Below, piece by piece: positions 28,470 to 46,303 of a DNA stretch of 64,000 nt (its first letter is position 1; every line of letters starts with the position of its first letter). A program made the translations under genes and the position numbers. The stretch is from the human T2T-CHM13v2.0 reference genome, Homo sapiens, in the NCBI RefSeq assembly GCF_009914755.1, contig NC_060934.1. One strand, given 5' to 3'. The notes under the pieces were generated by a model. The model was given only the letters and a program-made list of their open reading frames with translations, made no database searches and was not told the origin of the DNA.

Positions 28470-28820
28470 AGGCTAGGCATCGCAGAAAAAAGAATCAGTA
28501 AACCTGAAGGTCAACAGAAATTGTCTGAACTAAAACACAGAGATGAGATCAAAAACATGAAAGAGATAGAAAGGACTAAGAGAGACATGTGGGATAACGT
28601 CAAAGGGTCTAAGATACAGGTAATTGGCATTCCAGAAGGAGCCGGACAATAGGGCATAATAAATGCTTGAAGAGGTAATGGCTTAGAAGTTTCCCAAACT
28701 GGTGAAAGACATAAGCAACAGATTCAAGAAGCTCAGATGATCCCAGCCGAGATAAATACAAAGAAAACCATACCAAGGCACATTGTAGTCAAATTGCTGA
28801 AAGCCAATGACAAAAAGACA
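28470..28820 (+). mobile_element. L1M ORF1 fragment
   Basis: gaaaaaagaatcagtaaacctgaag...aattggcattccagaaggag...ccaaggcacattgtagtcaaattgctgaaa. Confidence 0.75.
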
Positions 28821-29027
28821 GGAAGCATCGATTCATTGTTTTAAAAGTGTATTATTGAAAGGAAAGTGAAATCAAAGGGGTGGAGTTTGTTTAAATACAT
28901 TGTTTTAGTTTTTTCTTTAAGACGGGGAAATACTGAGGGTGTACATACGCAAAGGGAAAGAAGAAAGTAGAAGAGGAAATACTTAAGCAGTATGGTATGG
29001 AAGTTAGGATCTGTGGGGTTGGAGCAT

Positions 29028-29392
29028 TGTATTAGTCTGTTCTCAAACTGCTAATAAAGACATACCTGAAACTGGGTAATTTATAAAGAAAAAATAGGTG
29101 TAATGGACTCACAGCTTCACGTGGATGGGGAGACCCCACAATCATGGCAGCAGGCAAAGGGGGAGCAAAGTCACGTCTTACGTGGCAGCAGGCAAGAGAG
29201 AGAACATGTGTAGAGGAACTCTCCTTTATAAAACTATAAGATCTCGTGGGACTTATTCACTATCACGAGAACAGCACGAGAAAGACCTGCCCTCATGACT
29301 TAATTACTTTCTGCCAGGTCCCTCCCATGACACGTGAGAATTATGGGAGCTACAATTTGAGATCTGGATGGAGACACAGCCAAATCATATCA
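29028..29392 (-). mobile_element. THE1 (B/C/D) solo LTR
   Basis: tgtattagtctgttctca...cagccaaatcatatca; minus-strand TATAAA at 29225-29230 and donor GTGAGT at 29107-29112. Confidence 0.9.
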
Positions 29393-29594
29393 AGTGAGAT
29401 CAGCGTGGGTATGAATCTCTACTCCGATTTATCGCTAACTATGTAACCCTTGGCAGATAACACCAACTCTAACAATCTGTTTTATCAGTTTTAAATGGGG
29501 CTGGTGATGATAGTAACTACCTCTTACAGTTGTTGTGAGGCTTAATTTAAATAATTCATATATTGTGATTGCAGAGCATCTAGTTCATAGAAGG

Positions 29595-30018
29595 TATATT
29601 AGTCTGTTCTCACACTGCTATAAAGAAATACCTGAGACTGGGTAATTTATAAAGAAAAGAGGTCTAATTGGCTCATGGCTCTGCAGGCTATGCAGGAAGC
29701 ATAGCAGCTTCTGCTTCTGGAGAGGCCTCAGGAAACTTACAACCATGGTGGAAGGCAAAGGGGAAGCAGGCATGTTTTACATGGCCAGAGCAGGAGCAAG
29801 AGAGAGATGGATGGGGGAGGTACTGCCTACTTTTAAACAACTAGATCTTGCGATAACTCACTCAGTATTAGAAGAACGGCACAACGAAGATGGTGCTAAA
29901 CCATTCATGAGGCATCCACCCCCATGATCAAATCGTCTCCCACCATGCCCCACCTCCAACACTGGGGATTACAATTTGACATGAGATTTGGGTGGGGACA
30001 CAGATCCAAACCATATCA
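29595..30018 (-). mobile_element. MSTA-like solo LTR
   Basis: tatattagtctgttctcac...ccaaaccatatca; perfect TSD gaagg. Confidence 0.9.
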
Positions 30019-30575
30019 GAAGGTATTCAGTAAATGCTAGCCAGCAGCGCTGCTAGCAGAAGTAGCACTTATCTAAGTACAATTTGCCAAGCTGCAGGAG
30101 AGGAGAAGCGGAAGCATTAACAAAGGAAGGTCTTACAGGAGGCAGGAAAAGATAGAGGAATACCATGGATGAAGAAACCAATCTTGAAAAGTTACTAATA
30201 TTAAGGCAAAATCATGGCAAACTAAGTAATTCAGACCAACTTTCTCAATGAAGATACCTAGAAAATCCGAACAAAATATAAAAGTCTTTGCAACAGGTAG
30301 ACAAGATAGTGAAGAATTTACTGGGCAAGGATATACAGAGGTCTGGGGAAGTCAGCTGGTATTTAGGACTGATTTCCCCTAAAAGTGTTTGCCAATTTCT
30401 AAAGCCAGCTAAGACACTGACTGCTGCTTCTGACAGAGCAATAGGTTTAGAGTCCAGAGTTAAGAAGGCGGAAGTCCTGTGAATGCTCCTTTCTTTGGGT
30501 TAGGGCATTAAAGTGCTGCATCCTAGGAGTAAAGTAATGGGAGACATATCTAGATACTGCCACTTGGCTGAACGA

Positions 30576-30842
<267 letters not shown>

Positions 30843-30910
30843 GGCTGAATGACCTTAATCCCTAAAATTGTTACTGAGGAAATCTCTGATGGTTAATGCC
30901 ACCCACATGA

Positions 30911-31251
<341 letters not shown>

Positions 31252-31641
31252 CACAAATAATTTTGTAAATGCACAATCAAAAATAACCCAGCACACATGA
31301 ATATATAAGGCAACATAATGAAAAGGAGCAGAAATAACAGTCAAGAGAAACAGACCTGCAGGATTCCAGATACTGTATTATGAAACACAGTCTTTATGGT
31401 TACAAGGCTCAAGGAGATCAACAACATTGAGAATTTCAACAGAAAACTTGAAAACAAGAAAATGAAGTAACTGTCAACTATATCTGGTGAAAGTATGTAG
31501 CAATAATTAATGTGAGATACATAGAGACATTTTCAAACAGGCAAAAGCAGAGAATTTATCACTAGCAACTTGCTCTACAAGAAATACAAAGACAAAATTC
31601 TTTTTCAGACCAGAGGCCCACTGAAAATGGAAAGTATTTAG

Positions 31642-31966
<325 letters not shown>

Positions 31967-32419
31967 TCCATGAACAAGTTTTGACTACTTAAAACAAAAG
32001 AAAAGGTGTAGTAGTATATAAAATAGAGAATTCAAATACTCAGAAATGGATGGCACATGGGTTGGAAAGGGGTTAAACTTAGAAAAGTGCTATAAGGACC
32101 TTGCATTATCCAAAAAGAGCTGAAAGCAGCAGTTGTAAATTAGACTTTGAAAAGTCAGGGGTTATGATGTAAAACTGAAGAAAACAATTGACAATATAAT
32201 TTTTTTAAAAGTCAGCATTTAAGCTAATAGCAGACTGTCTTTACGTCTTCTAAGAATCTTCCCTAAAGAATTTACCTGAAACTCAAGCAAAGACGAAGGT
32301 ACAAACTTGTTCACTGTAGTGATATTGATAATAACAAACATTGGAATGAAATGTTCAGGATTGGAAAATCTTTGTTGGTGTGATGAAATATTATACAGCC
32401 ATTTAAAATGATGCCTTCA

Positions 32420-32750
<331 letters not shown>

Positions 32751-34405
32751 AAATGATGACTCCAAATAATATTAGTGACATTGAGGAAATGCTATGGAAA
32801 TAACAGTAAGTGAAAAAGGCCAGAAATAAACATTGTTAGGAGACTATAACCAAATTTAGTTTTTAAAGTCCACATTCACAGAGAAGACACTTTATAAACA
32901 AAATATAACTGTCATGCCTGGGGAGAAAATTACAAGTGATTTTTATTTTCTTCTCCTTATTTTTACTGATTTTGTATCAAAGTGTATATTACTTTATAAT
33001 CAGAAAAAAAGTTCTTAGCAATAAACTGTTTTCCTTTAAAAGTAAAAGAAATTATGATACCTCTTTCTCTTAGACAAAAGAAAACTCAGGATGTGTGAAA
33101 ATAGATCTTTTCCATGTTGTTTTTTATATCTCTTTGAATAAATGAAGATATCTGCTATACAGCTTTTTACCCAACTAACTCTACTTATGTCTATGTATAG
33201 CCACACAGTGTAGCACATTCATTGATTCAAAGTCTCAAATCTCTTTTCTTTCTACTTTTTTTTTTCTTATACATGAACACAGGAAAAATAAAATATGTAC
33301 TGTACTGGGACATTGGGATTCTGGGTGCTTTTTAAAAAAATCCCTGTTACTGCTATTATAACACGGTTCATGTGATTTTTTTTTTTTTAAGCTTGGCTTG
33401 GTTTAGTTGGCTCCATGGTAACTTCTGGAAAGGTTAAGTGCAATCTTCCCTAACCACCTATCAATCATCCTCCCAGAGTGAGATCTTGGAGCCTGGAAGC
33501 ATTACTCACGATGACCAGCCATCTGTGACCTGGACTTATGTCCTTCATGGCTTGTGAAAGTCAATGGTGGGACGTGAAGTCATCCTGGAAGAAGACAGAG
33601 GGAGTGCTGAAGTCCTGGAACAATGCCCACACTCTGGAAGGAAATAGGCATCCATTTAGTTTGATACTAATGTCTTCTCCATTTTCTATCTCTTTTGAGT
33701 TTATTTCCAGGGAGGGCTACTGAGGATTATAAGACAGATACCTTGGCATGGCTCAGGGTTTTTAGACTTCCTAGATTTTTTTCCCTCAATTTCCCTGTCT
33801 ATAATTATTTTTTTAAAGGCTATTTGTTGATGTTAGATACATAAATGAAGTTAATTAAAAAGCAATATAAAATCAGGATGCCAAACAGGTGTTCTGCTTT
33901 CACATTTCCTCAGAATTCCCTGCAGGAACATTACATTTGTGATAGCTCAGAGTGGCTTTTCCTAAGAACAGATACCACTCCTAACAGAGTTAGCGGGAGA
34001 GGAGGGGACACAGGGGTCAGCTGTCTACTGGGCAGGCCAAGCAACACAGCCAGGACCAAGGTCTCGCCGGAGCCAGCCCAGGACTAAGTGCCACAACGCC
34101 TCTGTCTCCAGGCGGTTCATTTCTTCACCTTCCAAGAAGGGATTCCTAGGTCACCATGAAAACATTTGCAGAAGGACTATGCATCTTTCATTAAAAATAA
34201 AAAGTTAGCGCAAGTCCCAGCTTGAGCCTCCACTGGTATTTGTACAGGGGACTAAGGCGTTTCCTGGGAGAGAATCATTCTAGGGGAGAAGGAGCGAGCC
34301 TGGAACATAGGGGCTGTAAGTGGAGCACGTGGACTCCTCCTTGGGTCCTAGAGAGAGAAGGAAGGCTATAAGTGAATATAGAAGGCTGTTTCATTAAAAT
34401 ACTTA

Positions 34406-34696
<291 letters not shown>

Positions 34697-36728
34697 TCAT
34701 GGTAGGACTTCATGGTGCATGTGTTACAGGTTGCATACCTACACACACACAAACACACACATGTACCTGTGCACACTCACAGCATAGAGCAACACACAGA
34801 GAAGTGTTGATTCTCCTTCATCCTGCCCCAGACCACGACACAGTATTGGCACCAGGAGGGCCCAGTGAATGAGAAGCAATGCCCAGAGGAAGATGTGAAG
34901 GTACCTGTGGAAGACCACAGGGCCCAGCAAAAGATAGAGGGACATTAAATGTGCCCAGGGGGACCCCAAATGCTCACTGCAGGGACAGCACTCCAAGGAG
35001 CCACTTACTCAAGGGCAAGGAAGACTCCTCCCAGGGAGACTCTGAGAGGCACTGAAATGGAGGTCACTGGGGTGAACAGAGGGACAAGGGGGCGTTGGTA
35101 AGAGACAATAAAATTTGAGTTACGACTCATAATGTGACCCCATTAGACGCACAGGCTGGCGAAGTGCAGGGAAATGCAGGCTCCAAGAACGTCTGAGGCT
35201 GTAATTATCAGCCCATTTATTTTCACTGGCGACAGGGGCAGAAGCTCGGTAATTGGAGGACAGCTGTGCAGAGGCTCAGACAAATTGTGTTCCCTTCTAT
35301 TCCATATTTCACAGAGAACATGTACAACCACCTGAACTCTGGAACAGACCATGGCTCGTTACTTTTGACAAGTTGTGCCAGAAAACACGTATCGCCAAGT
35401 GATTCATCGCTGCCTCTATCCAGATCATAAATCTTTATTTTCCAAAAGCCGTGCTTTGGATTCAGGGCAGAATGTAGTGTTGATTCTCTTTGGTTGGCAG
35501 TCAGAAGAATTGTCTCCTGATGTCCTTTCTTATGGATTTTATCGGCTCTCTGGGAACCATTCTACTCTCTGGCTTGTGACTTGTTTTCCACTCAACTAAA
35601 AAAAAAATACAGTTTCAGTAAAGGTGGAAGGAGTTTTCACAAGTCAATGTTCAAATACCTTTGGGGTGATTGTGTTGGCTTAAACCCCATTAAACTGTAG
35701 TTCATTGGTTCATCTATAATACGGAATTATAAACTGTGCCTAAACCTAAAATAAACTTTCTAAAATTTCTAAGGCTGTGAAATTACTATTTTTAAAATCT
35801 TACTTTTTAAAGAAATGATGTGAAGATTATAAACAAAAAGCATGAAGGGACTGGTTTATCACTCACCAGGTACCAGGCCTTTCATAGAAATACAACAAGC
35901 CTCATTTAGCCCTCCCACAAACCCTGCCAAATGGTCATTGTTAGAGTGCCAAGACACTTTTCTCCATCACTGGAGACCTCTGGGATCCTGGGGTAATTTA
36001 AAGGTCAACATTGGTCTGGCTCCAAGTGTTCCAAGAAGATTTTGTTGACATGATGTCAGCTGGGCATCATGGGAACTATACCACGGATATCTACATCCCT
36101 GGGGACGTTCTGGCCAAGGACTGTCCATGAGAAGCAAACCCTGCTCACATTTCAAAATGCCCTCATGGTTTTAGCCCTACTCCATATGAGCAGCCCATAT
36201 CCTGAGTACAAGAGGGTTGGAGAACACGATTAGAGAGATTCAGGATACATTAGCTTTCTTCCAGAACCGTCCCTCAACCAGAGACTTTGGTCCTGGAAGA
36301 TGCCTTCTATTTCCCCGCAAGGGTTCCTGTCACCTGGCCACATTCAGGTAGACATTTGGTACTTAGGACCCTCCTTTACTTTCCAAATCAGACGACATAG
36401 AGATCCTTCTTGTCATTTATTGGGAACATAAAGGCAAAATATTCAAAGACAGAGTGTATTGCAGGTTACCATGAGGGGTGTCTGTTTTAAAGGTAAGAAA
36501 ATGCAGGTGTCCAGGCAGCAACAGGGAAGAAATACTAAGGAAAGTTGCTCCGCCTCCAATGTTACTTCCTCTACTGAAGTGACGGAAAACGAACAGTATT
36601 CCCCAAATTCAGCTAGTGATTCAGGCAGTGATTCCCCCAATTCAGATGTGATACTGCAACTTACATACCCTCAAGGCTATGCCCAGCTTATTTTAAAAAG
36701 AAAGAAACTGACCAGGGAAGTCAAGTAA

Positions 36729-37366
36729 TGATACAGGAGGTAGAAAGAAATTATTTAGGCAGATAGTGAGGGCAAAGGAGTCCTCGGTAGAGCTTCTTTT
36801 ATAACGAAAGGTAGCCCCCAAAATCATTTCTTTTCTAAAAAAGAGCAGCCTAAAAAATCGAGCTACAAACATAAATAAGGAAGCTAGAAGCTTGCACGAG
36901 GGAAAGCTGGCAGCTGCACCCATAGAAAAGAGCTATCTGGGAGCCAGGCATGTCCAACATGGAGGCTCCATCTTCCCTTTTTGTTTGTTGCCATATGTAC
37001 AGTAACAAAGAAATGGGCAACATGGCACAGCTCAGGCAGAGAACCCACCTGCATAATAAAATATTGGGGTAGTGGGGGCTACCAGAAATTCACACCCTAT
37101 GCAAATGGCACAGCTGGTCTAACCAGTTTTTCACACCCTATGTAAATCAGACACCTCCTCCTCACCAGATAGATCATCTACGTAACCCCCATGGGTCCAG
37201 CAACCCATTTTTTCGGTACCCCTCTCTGCTTGCAGAGAGCTATTCTCTTTCTTTTGCCTATCAAACTTCTGTTCTCAACCTCACTCTTTGTGTGTCCACG
37301 TCCTTGTTCTCCGTGACCATGCAACAATGTACCTCGGGTGTTACTGCAAACAATGAGGCCATTTCA
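36729..37366 (+). mobile_element. MER50-like ERV1 solo LTR inserted in an antisense MIR
   Basis: tgatacaggaggtagaaagaaattatttaggcag...atttca; TSD gtaa; MIR flanks at ~36688-36728 and 37367-37440. Confidence 0.8.
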
Positions 37367-37714
37367 GTAATTTGTTCCACATCACACAGCAACTAACGGG
37401 GATGCCAGGATTTGAAGCCAGGTTTGACAGCAAGGCTCGCGATCTGTGCATTGTGCTGCATTGCATCCATGGAGGTACCTAACATGACTCTGTGGCTGGT
37501 GATGAACAACCTGAGCTCAACAGATGCTATAATTGCCCTGAATTTGCTTAATACCTCACTTATGCACTTATGGCTGCATAAGTGACAATGGGCACCAAAC
37601 TCAGCACAGAAGTCCAATGGGCAGAAGGAAGAACACACATCCTGCATTTTAAAATTCATACATTAAAAACCTTTGCATCACTCCCAAAAAAAATCTAGCA
37701 AAGCTATGGAGAAA

Positions 37715-38590
<876 letters not shown>

Positions 38591-38707
38591 TAAAAAGGAT
38601 ATTTTCTAAAAATAAAATGGCAATAAAAACTCTCACGCTCTAAAAAAATTGAATGAATTTTCTCTCTCAAAAAAAAAAAAGCCTTCATTCACACGCACAC
38701 ACAAACA

Positions 38708-39072
38708 CAGTTATACCCCACGTAATGTTTGTTCAGCAACAGACCATATACGGGACTATATGACTGTGATCCCATAAGATTATTATATGGGATTTTTCCT
38801 GTGCCTTTTCTATGTTTAGATATGATATGTTTACATACACAAATACTTCCCACTGTGCTACAGTTGCCTACAGTATTCAGTACAGTCACATGCTGTGCGG
38901 GTGTGTAGCCCGGGAGTAACAGGCTATTATTCCATCTAGCCTAGGTGTGCAGTAGGCTGTACATCTAGATTTGGGTAAGTACAGCCAGTACTTGTGACGT
39001 TCACACAATGAAGAAATCGCTTAATGATGCTTTTCTCTGAACATATCCTGTGCTTAAAGCAATGCATGACTA
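38708..39072 (+). mobile_element. Tigger3a (GOLEM) DNA transposon
   Basis: cccataagattat...gttgcctacagtattcagtacagt...tagcctaggtgtg...gcatgacta. Confidence 0.85.
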
Positions 39073-39371
39073 TAATTGTAAATTACGTGCCACCAAGTGG
39101 CTGATTAAATGAGTGGGAACCTTGGGTCAAGACAGACTTTTTGTTAAGGGGTTCTGCCTCACCTCCCTGTTGCATTGGGATAGGTGTCTGGCAGAAGGAA
39201 GGTTGCAATACAGGGGGAGAGCATGGCAGCCTGGACCAGAGGGACCCTAGCAGAAAGAGAGTCAAGTTCAAGAAGACAGCAGCTGCAGTGGGAAGGACAA
39301 ACAGAGGAAAAATTTGGCTTCATGTAGGGAAAACAGCTGCATCCTAGAATTGCATGTCCCCTGACCCTCAC

Positions 39372-39374
<3 letters not shown>

Positions 39375-39410
<36 letters not shown>
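39375..39410. repeat. (CA)n microsatellite
   Basis: About 18 perfect AC units. Confidence 0.95.
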
Positions 39411-39412
<2 letters not shown>

Positions 39413-40339
39413 CACTCTTCACCCTTGACCCAGCAGCCAAGCCCTGCCACTTTTAACTCTAAACCCCTCCTCAGGTCCTTCCCTTCTCCTCATTGCCATG
39501 ACCACTGCCCTCGTTCAGCCTTCGTGGGATCTCCTGAACTCTTTCCCTACAGAGTTCCCTGCCCCTGGGCTCTCCCTCCAGCCCCTCCACTCAACCCCAG
39601 AGCAATATATAGAAAAGCAAAAGCAACCATTTCACATCCCTTCTAAAAATGCTTCAGTGGCTTCTGTCCTCAGACACCCCTCGCTGCTCCGCAGCCAGCC
39701 TCTGGGTCCTCTGCAGGCTGGACATCACCCCCTCTCCCTCCAGAACCCTAGCAGTCTGTCCTCTCCTAGACAGCCACAGCCCACTACCTTCATCTAAACT
39801 CTTCCCCAGGCCACCTAGATCTTCCCTGCATTCTTTGCCTGGCTGACTCCACCCAGCCCTAAGGATCTGGTCCATAGAAACTTCCCTTGATTCCCCTCCT
39901 GTCCACCAGGGCCCTTGACTAATCCTGTTGAAACCCTCTGTTTCTCGGTCTGTCTCCTCCACTCCTGGACCCTGAATTCTCAAAAAACAGAAATCATTCA
40001 TACCTCCCTGGCACCCAGCACCATGCCTAGCCTGGGATGGTTATCCCAGAAAAGTTGGCCGAACTGACTTGAAGTAGGTGGAGAAGCACTGAGAAATGGG
40101 ACATCCCAGAGCCAGTCACGAGGAGTGAGATTTGTGGCACCTGGAGAGAAGCGTCCAGAAAAGGCGGCAAAGCCAAAAAAGGAGTGGAGAAGATGGTGGT
40201 AGATTCTGGAACAGAAACAACTCAATAAACCAAGCAAGAGAAGATAAGGGCTGTGGCTAAGGGTGTGAGGAAGATGAGAAAGGGGATGATATGAACCTAT
40301 GCCCGGCTGACACCATGTCACAAGCCTCCTATGGACTTT

Positions 40340-40438
40340 TTTGTTTTTTTCAAAAAGAACTGTTGTAAAATATATGTAACATAAAACGTAGCATTTTAGC
40401 CATTTTTAAGTGCATAGTCAGTGACATGACATACATTC
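40340..40438 (-). mobile_element. L1MB-type 3' end fragment
   Basis: aacataaaacgtagcattttagccatttttaagtgcatag. Confidence 0.6.
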
Positions 40439-40439
40439 A

Positions 40440-40845
<406 letters not shown>

Positions 40846-41292
40846 GTGTTAAGTTAGACAGATCTAAAGTACCCTGTCCAATTCCAATCAATGCTTCTGA
40901 ACTCATCTCACCCTGGCAACAAACATTTGCAGGGTCCTGCGGGAGTGCCTCTGCTCTAACTTCCCCGTTCCTCTGCCCACCCCCCTGGGGTAGATGTCGC
41001 TTTAAGGGTCTTGGTGCATGTTTCTTATTGTGATCCCTCTTCCAAAACCAGGAACCCCTGAAAGTGAGAACTTGTCCCTGGAGGTGGAGAGATGGCCCGT
41101 GGAGCCGTGTGAGCTGAGAAATCCTCAGGTCCTCACCATTCTGTAAGCAGAGCGGCTTGGAATTAGCACCAGGCACAAATCTGTCTCCTTTTGGGCTTGT
41201 GTGTCAGGCTCATGTTCTCCCCTGGGGTAGCCAGCCTTCAAGGAGGCCCTCAAGGGTCCTGACCTCTCCATATTCACACACTTGCTACGTCA

Positions 41293-41887
<595 letters not shown>

Positions 41888-41969
41888 TCATTGCAGCTGT
41901 GGTCCCAGATGTTGTGGAGCAAAAATGAGTCATCCCTGCTGACCTCTGTCGAGATTGCAGACTCATGAC

Positions 41970-42892
41970 TTTCATGGTCAAAATTGTGTCCTTTCAAAAA
42001 ATGTGTATGCTGAAGTCCCAACCCACACTACCTCAGGATGTGACTGTACAGGGATGTTAAAGAGGAAATTCAGTTAAATGCAGGTCATTAGGGTGGGTCT
42101 TAATTCAATAGAACTGGTGGTCCTTATAACAGTAGGAGATTGGGACACAGGTACAGAGGGAAGAGCACGTGGAGACACAAGGAGGAGGCAGCTATCCACA
42201 GGCCAAGGAGAGAGGCCTCAGGAGAAATCCACCCTGCCAACACCTTGGCCTCAGACTTCCAGCCTCGGGAACTGTAGGAAAATTAATTCCTGTTGTTTAA
42301 GCCAGGGGTCCCCAACCCCCGGGCCACAGACTGGAACTGGTCCATGGCCTGTTAGGAACCTGGCCGCACAGCAGGAGGTGAGCAGTAAGTGAGCGAGTGA
42401 ATCGTCATCTGTACTTACAGCCACTCCCCATCGCTGGCGTTACTGCCTGAGCTCAGCCTCCTGTCAGATCAGCGGCAGCATCAGATTCTCGTAGGAGAAT
42501 GAACCCTACTGTGAACTGCACATGCCAGGGATCTAGGTTGCACGTTCCTTACGAGAATCTAATGCCTGATGATCTGTCACTGTCTCCCATCACCTCCAGA
42601 TAGGACCATCTAGTTGCAGGAAAGCAAGCTCAGGGCTCCCACTGATTCTGCATTATGGTGAGTTGTAGAATTATTTCCTTAGATATTATAATGCAATAAT
42701 AATAGAAATAAAGTGCACATCAAATGTAATACGCTTGAATCATCCTGAAACCACTGCACCCTCCCACCCCCACCATCGATGGAAAAATTGTCTTCCATGA
42801 AACCAGCCCTTGGTGCCAAAAAGGTTGGGGACCATGATTTAAGCCACCTGGTCTGTGATACTTTCTTACAGCAGCCTGAGCAAACTAATGCA
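41970..42892 (+). mobile_element. MLT1B-like LTR split by MER1A
   Basis: aaggagagaggcctcaggagaaatccaccctgcc...aaactaatgca; TSD atgac. Confidence 0.8.
42303..42836 (+). mobile_element. MER1A (hAT-Charlie)
   Basis: TIRs caggggtccccaacc / ggttggggaccatg; 8-bp TSD gtttaagc/atttaagc. Confidence 0.9.
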
Positions 42893-44069
42893 ATGACAAT
42901 AGATGAATATTGTTGTTTCAAACCACTAGAGTTTTGGGGTAATTTGCTACACAGCAATGTATAACCAGCATACCCCAATCTCCCAGAAATACGTATTTTT
43001 AAATTACTGGCACACAAGAGGCTCTACAACTTCCATAGAAAGGTATTTCATATAGAAAAGTGATCGCAATGTTTTGAAACCTACATTCTTCTTCCTGACA
43101 CTTAATTGTTATTTTGCTCTGTCCCACTGAGGAGAGAATATAAGGGGGTGGGGTTTCCAGGCACCTGCAGAACAAGCACACACCACAGCCCAGAAGAAAG
43201 GGAAGCTGTGACAGAGAACCCTGCCTGCAATATTCCAGCCTCCCAGGCTGCTATAAAAATGGAGAAGTCAATTGCCGGGCTATAAAAATGCAATGACTAT
43301 TAGGTCTCTCAATGTGCGAACATCTATTAGCATCACGACAACTGCGGAATTAGGTGAAACAAATGTGCTTCCCAGCCTCCCAGCTGAAACACTGTGAAAG
43401 GTTAATTGGATTTCATTTCAAACTCTGTGCACCTCCTAGGAGGTTGCATGGGTTCATAGCAAAACGAGGTGCAAGATGGTGACAGAATTCCGTTCGCCCG
43501 AGGTCCAAAATTGCACGTTGCCTATCCCTAAATTGACAAGAATGCCACTGTCAGATCTTGAGCCTTTCTCCACCCGAAGTTTCAAGCCACTAGTGATGAA
43601 CAGGTGTTCCTGGTCCTTGACTCGAACATCGAGAAAGACCTCTGAGTTGTGTCTCTTTGTAGAGAAAATAAAAGCAGTAAGGAGTCAGCTAAGGAATTTT
43701 CGGAGTCATTTCACTGCTGTGGGTGGGTCCAGGGTTGCCAGTAACATGTGAAATGCATTACTTTCCTTCCAATTTGTGGTTATGTCACAGCCAGCTAAAA
43801 AGACTTTGCCAAAACCTCAAGTAGATTTCCAGGGCGGCAAACTAACACGTCCATGATCTGATGAACGGCTTTGAAACTGAGGTGTCGGGAATTTCTGTGG
43901 CACCATTCCCAACACGAAGATGTGTCTGGGACAGCACCCCAAACCCCTTTTTCCTTTGGGCTCTCCACACTCCTAGCAAGGAGGAAATGTGGCCGTCATC
44001 ATTCAGCCTCATGACTGTAAAACCCATTCAAAAGCTCTCAGTGAGGGTCCTAAAATGTGTGTGATGTCA

Positions 44070-44450
<381 letters not shown>

Positions 44451-46118
44451 AGAAGACAGCATTTGTTGACCAAGCATCTGGTCCTCACATTTTCTTTGCT
44501 ACACACAGTTTATGCCGAGTGCAAAGCCACAGGATTTGGCAAAAATCCTAAAGGACGTAGCCATTGGATATGAGAAAAGAAACTTTGGTTGGGTTAGTCA
44601 GGGGATATCCTCGTCCTGAATTTGAGAAGGCTCTAACCCAAGGAGCTCCAGACAGGAAACTGGAAGGCAAACAAAGGGAGAATGGAGACTTTGGGAACAC
44701 CCCGTACCACTCTTAAACCTGGGCAGACAGGGCCCTACCCTCAGCCCTTAACTGTTCCTTCTCCCCCCATGACAGTCCTCATGGAGAGAGGCGTTCCCAA
44801 GGCCAAGGGAATACTCCAATCTCCAAGCTCATGCCTCTGCTTCTAGCCCCTGGAATGCTCTGATTAAATTGTCTGGTGAATCCCCCCAGGGCTGCCACTG
44901 CCCTCATCTCCATTCTGTGGTCTGCAGAGTGGCCCAAGCTATCTAAGTGCACCACGGATGAAGAGTACCCAGGGGCAGGTGTGTGCAGGGGAAGGGAGGG
45001 GATGGAGGCCCCTGTGATGCGGACGGTGGAGAGACAGGCCATGTTCTGAGCTCTGCCATGCCTCTTCTAGGAGTTCACGAACGATGAAGCCTTTAGCCAC
45101 AAGGAGGCCATGGGAGAACCCGCCCCATTTCTCTCCCCTTCTTCCCTACTCCATCACCCGCAAGACAACAGACTGAAACTTTATGTTCTCATTTCATCCT
45201 TCTATTCTTTACTGTCTAACACAAGTGAAATGTTCTGTGTCTCATTTCAAAAGCAAACTTTACTCTTTTCCTGTGTCCCTGGACTGATTTCTTTTCTTGC
45301 CAGTTATTGACCCTTGGTGGAAAACATAGCACACCCCACCGAGTCTCTCGTCTCTTTTACTGGCTAGTTGCGTGTGAATAATGAAAGGTGCTTCATGGCT
45401 GGGAGGAGCCCTGTCCCTGGAGGGGTGAAGCCGGACCCGGATAAGTCACAGCTGAGCCACAGCAACTTGAGTAACCCTCGAGTTTGTATTCCCATATCCC
45501 TCATGACCCTCGGAGGGACAGGGGGACTCCATAACTTGCTCATATTCTGCAGATATTGCAGAGTAAAGCCAGTAACCCAACCCAGATTGCTTCCCAGATG
45601 GGAATAAGAGAAAAAGATTTGAATAAAATCACATGGCTAATTCAAGAACCAGATCGAAATAGAATAAAATTAAACTGGAACTAGGATTCAGGAGAAGAAA
45701 ATAGTACTTTTTGTGTGTCTGTGCCAGAGCCTCAGCAGGGCAGGCTTGAGGTATGAGATTTAATTTGCAAAGCCACAAAGAATCCGCTAGTTCAAATTTC
45801 CTCCACTCCTCACTTTTTGTTCCAAGTCAGAAGCCACCAAAGCTGGCAGCCATCCCCAGGCAGGTCCACTGGATGCTATGGAGAGAGGGACCTCTAGTGT
45901 TGAGATACTTTTCTGTCATCCAGCAGCACGATCTGCTCTGGTCATTTTCTATTTATCTGTGATTTTTACAACACTGTTCCTCTGAGAAAAACCTCTATTT
46001 AAATGCCTAAAAGGAGAAGTTTTCTTTCACTTTTGAGAAAACTTTAAGAAATATAGGAATGGCAACATATAGGCTGTAACAAGATTAAGGAAAGTCTTAA
46101 GTAACCAAAAAATATGTG

Positions 46119-46303
46119 TTAAGCGTGTGGTAGCGTGTGCCTGTAGTCCCAGCTACTCAGGAGGCTGAGTCAGGACGATCACTTGAGGAGGAGATTTCGA
46201 GGCTGGAATGAGCTGTGATCACACCACTGCACTCCACTCTGCTCTGGGTGAAAGACAGGCCCCATCTCAAAAAAAAAAAAGAAAGAAAGAAAAGAAAAAA
46301 AAA
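46119..46303 (+). mobile_element. Alu right monomer (FRAM/AluJ arm)
   Basis: gtggtagcgtgtgcctgtagtcccagctactc... plus A tail. Confidence 0.85.

Larger units (their letters stand above)
28987..30042 (+). mobile_element. MIR split by two MaLR LTRs
   Basis: MIR segments at 28987-29027, 29393-29594 and 30019-30042. Confidence 0.7.
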
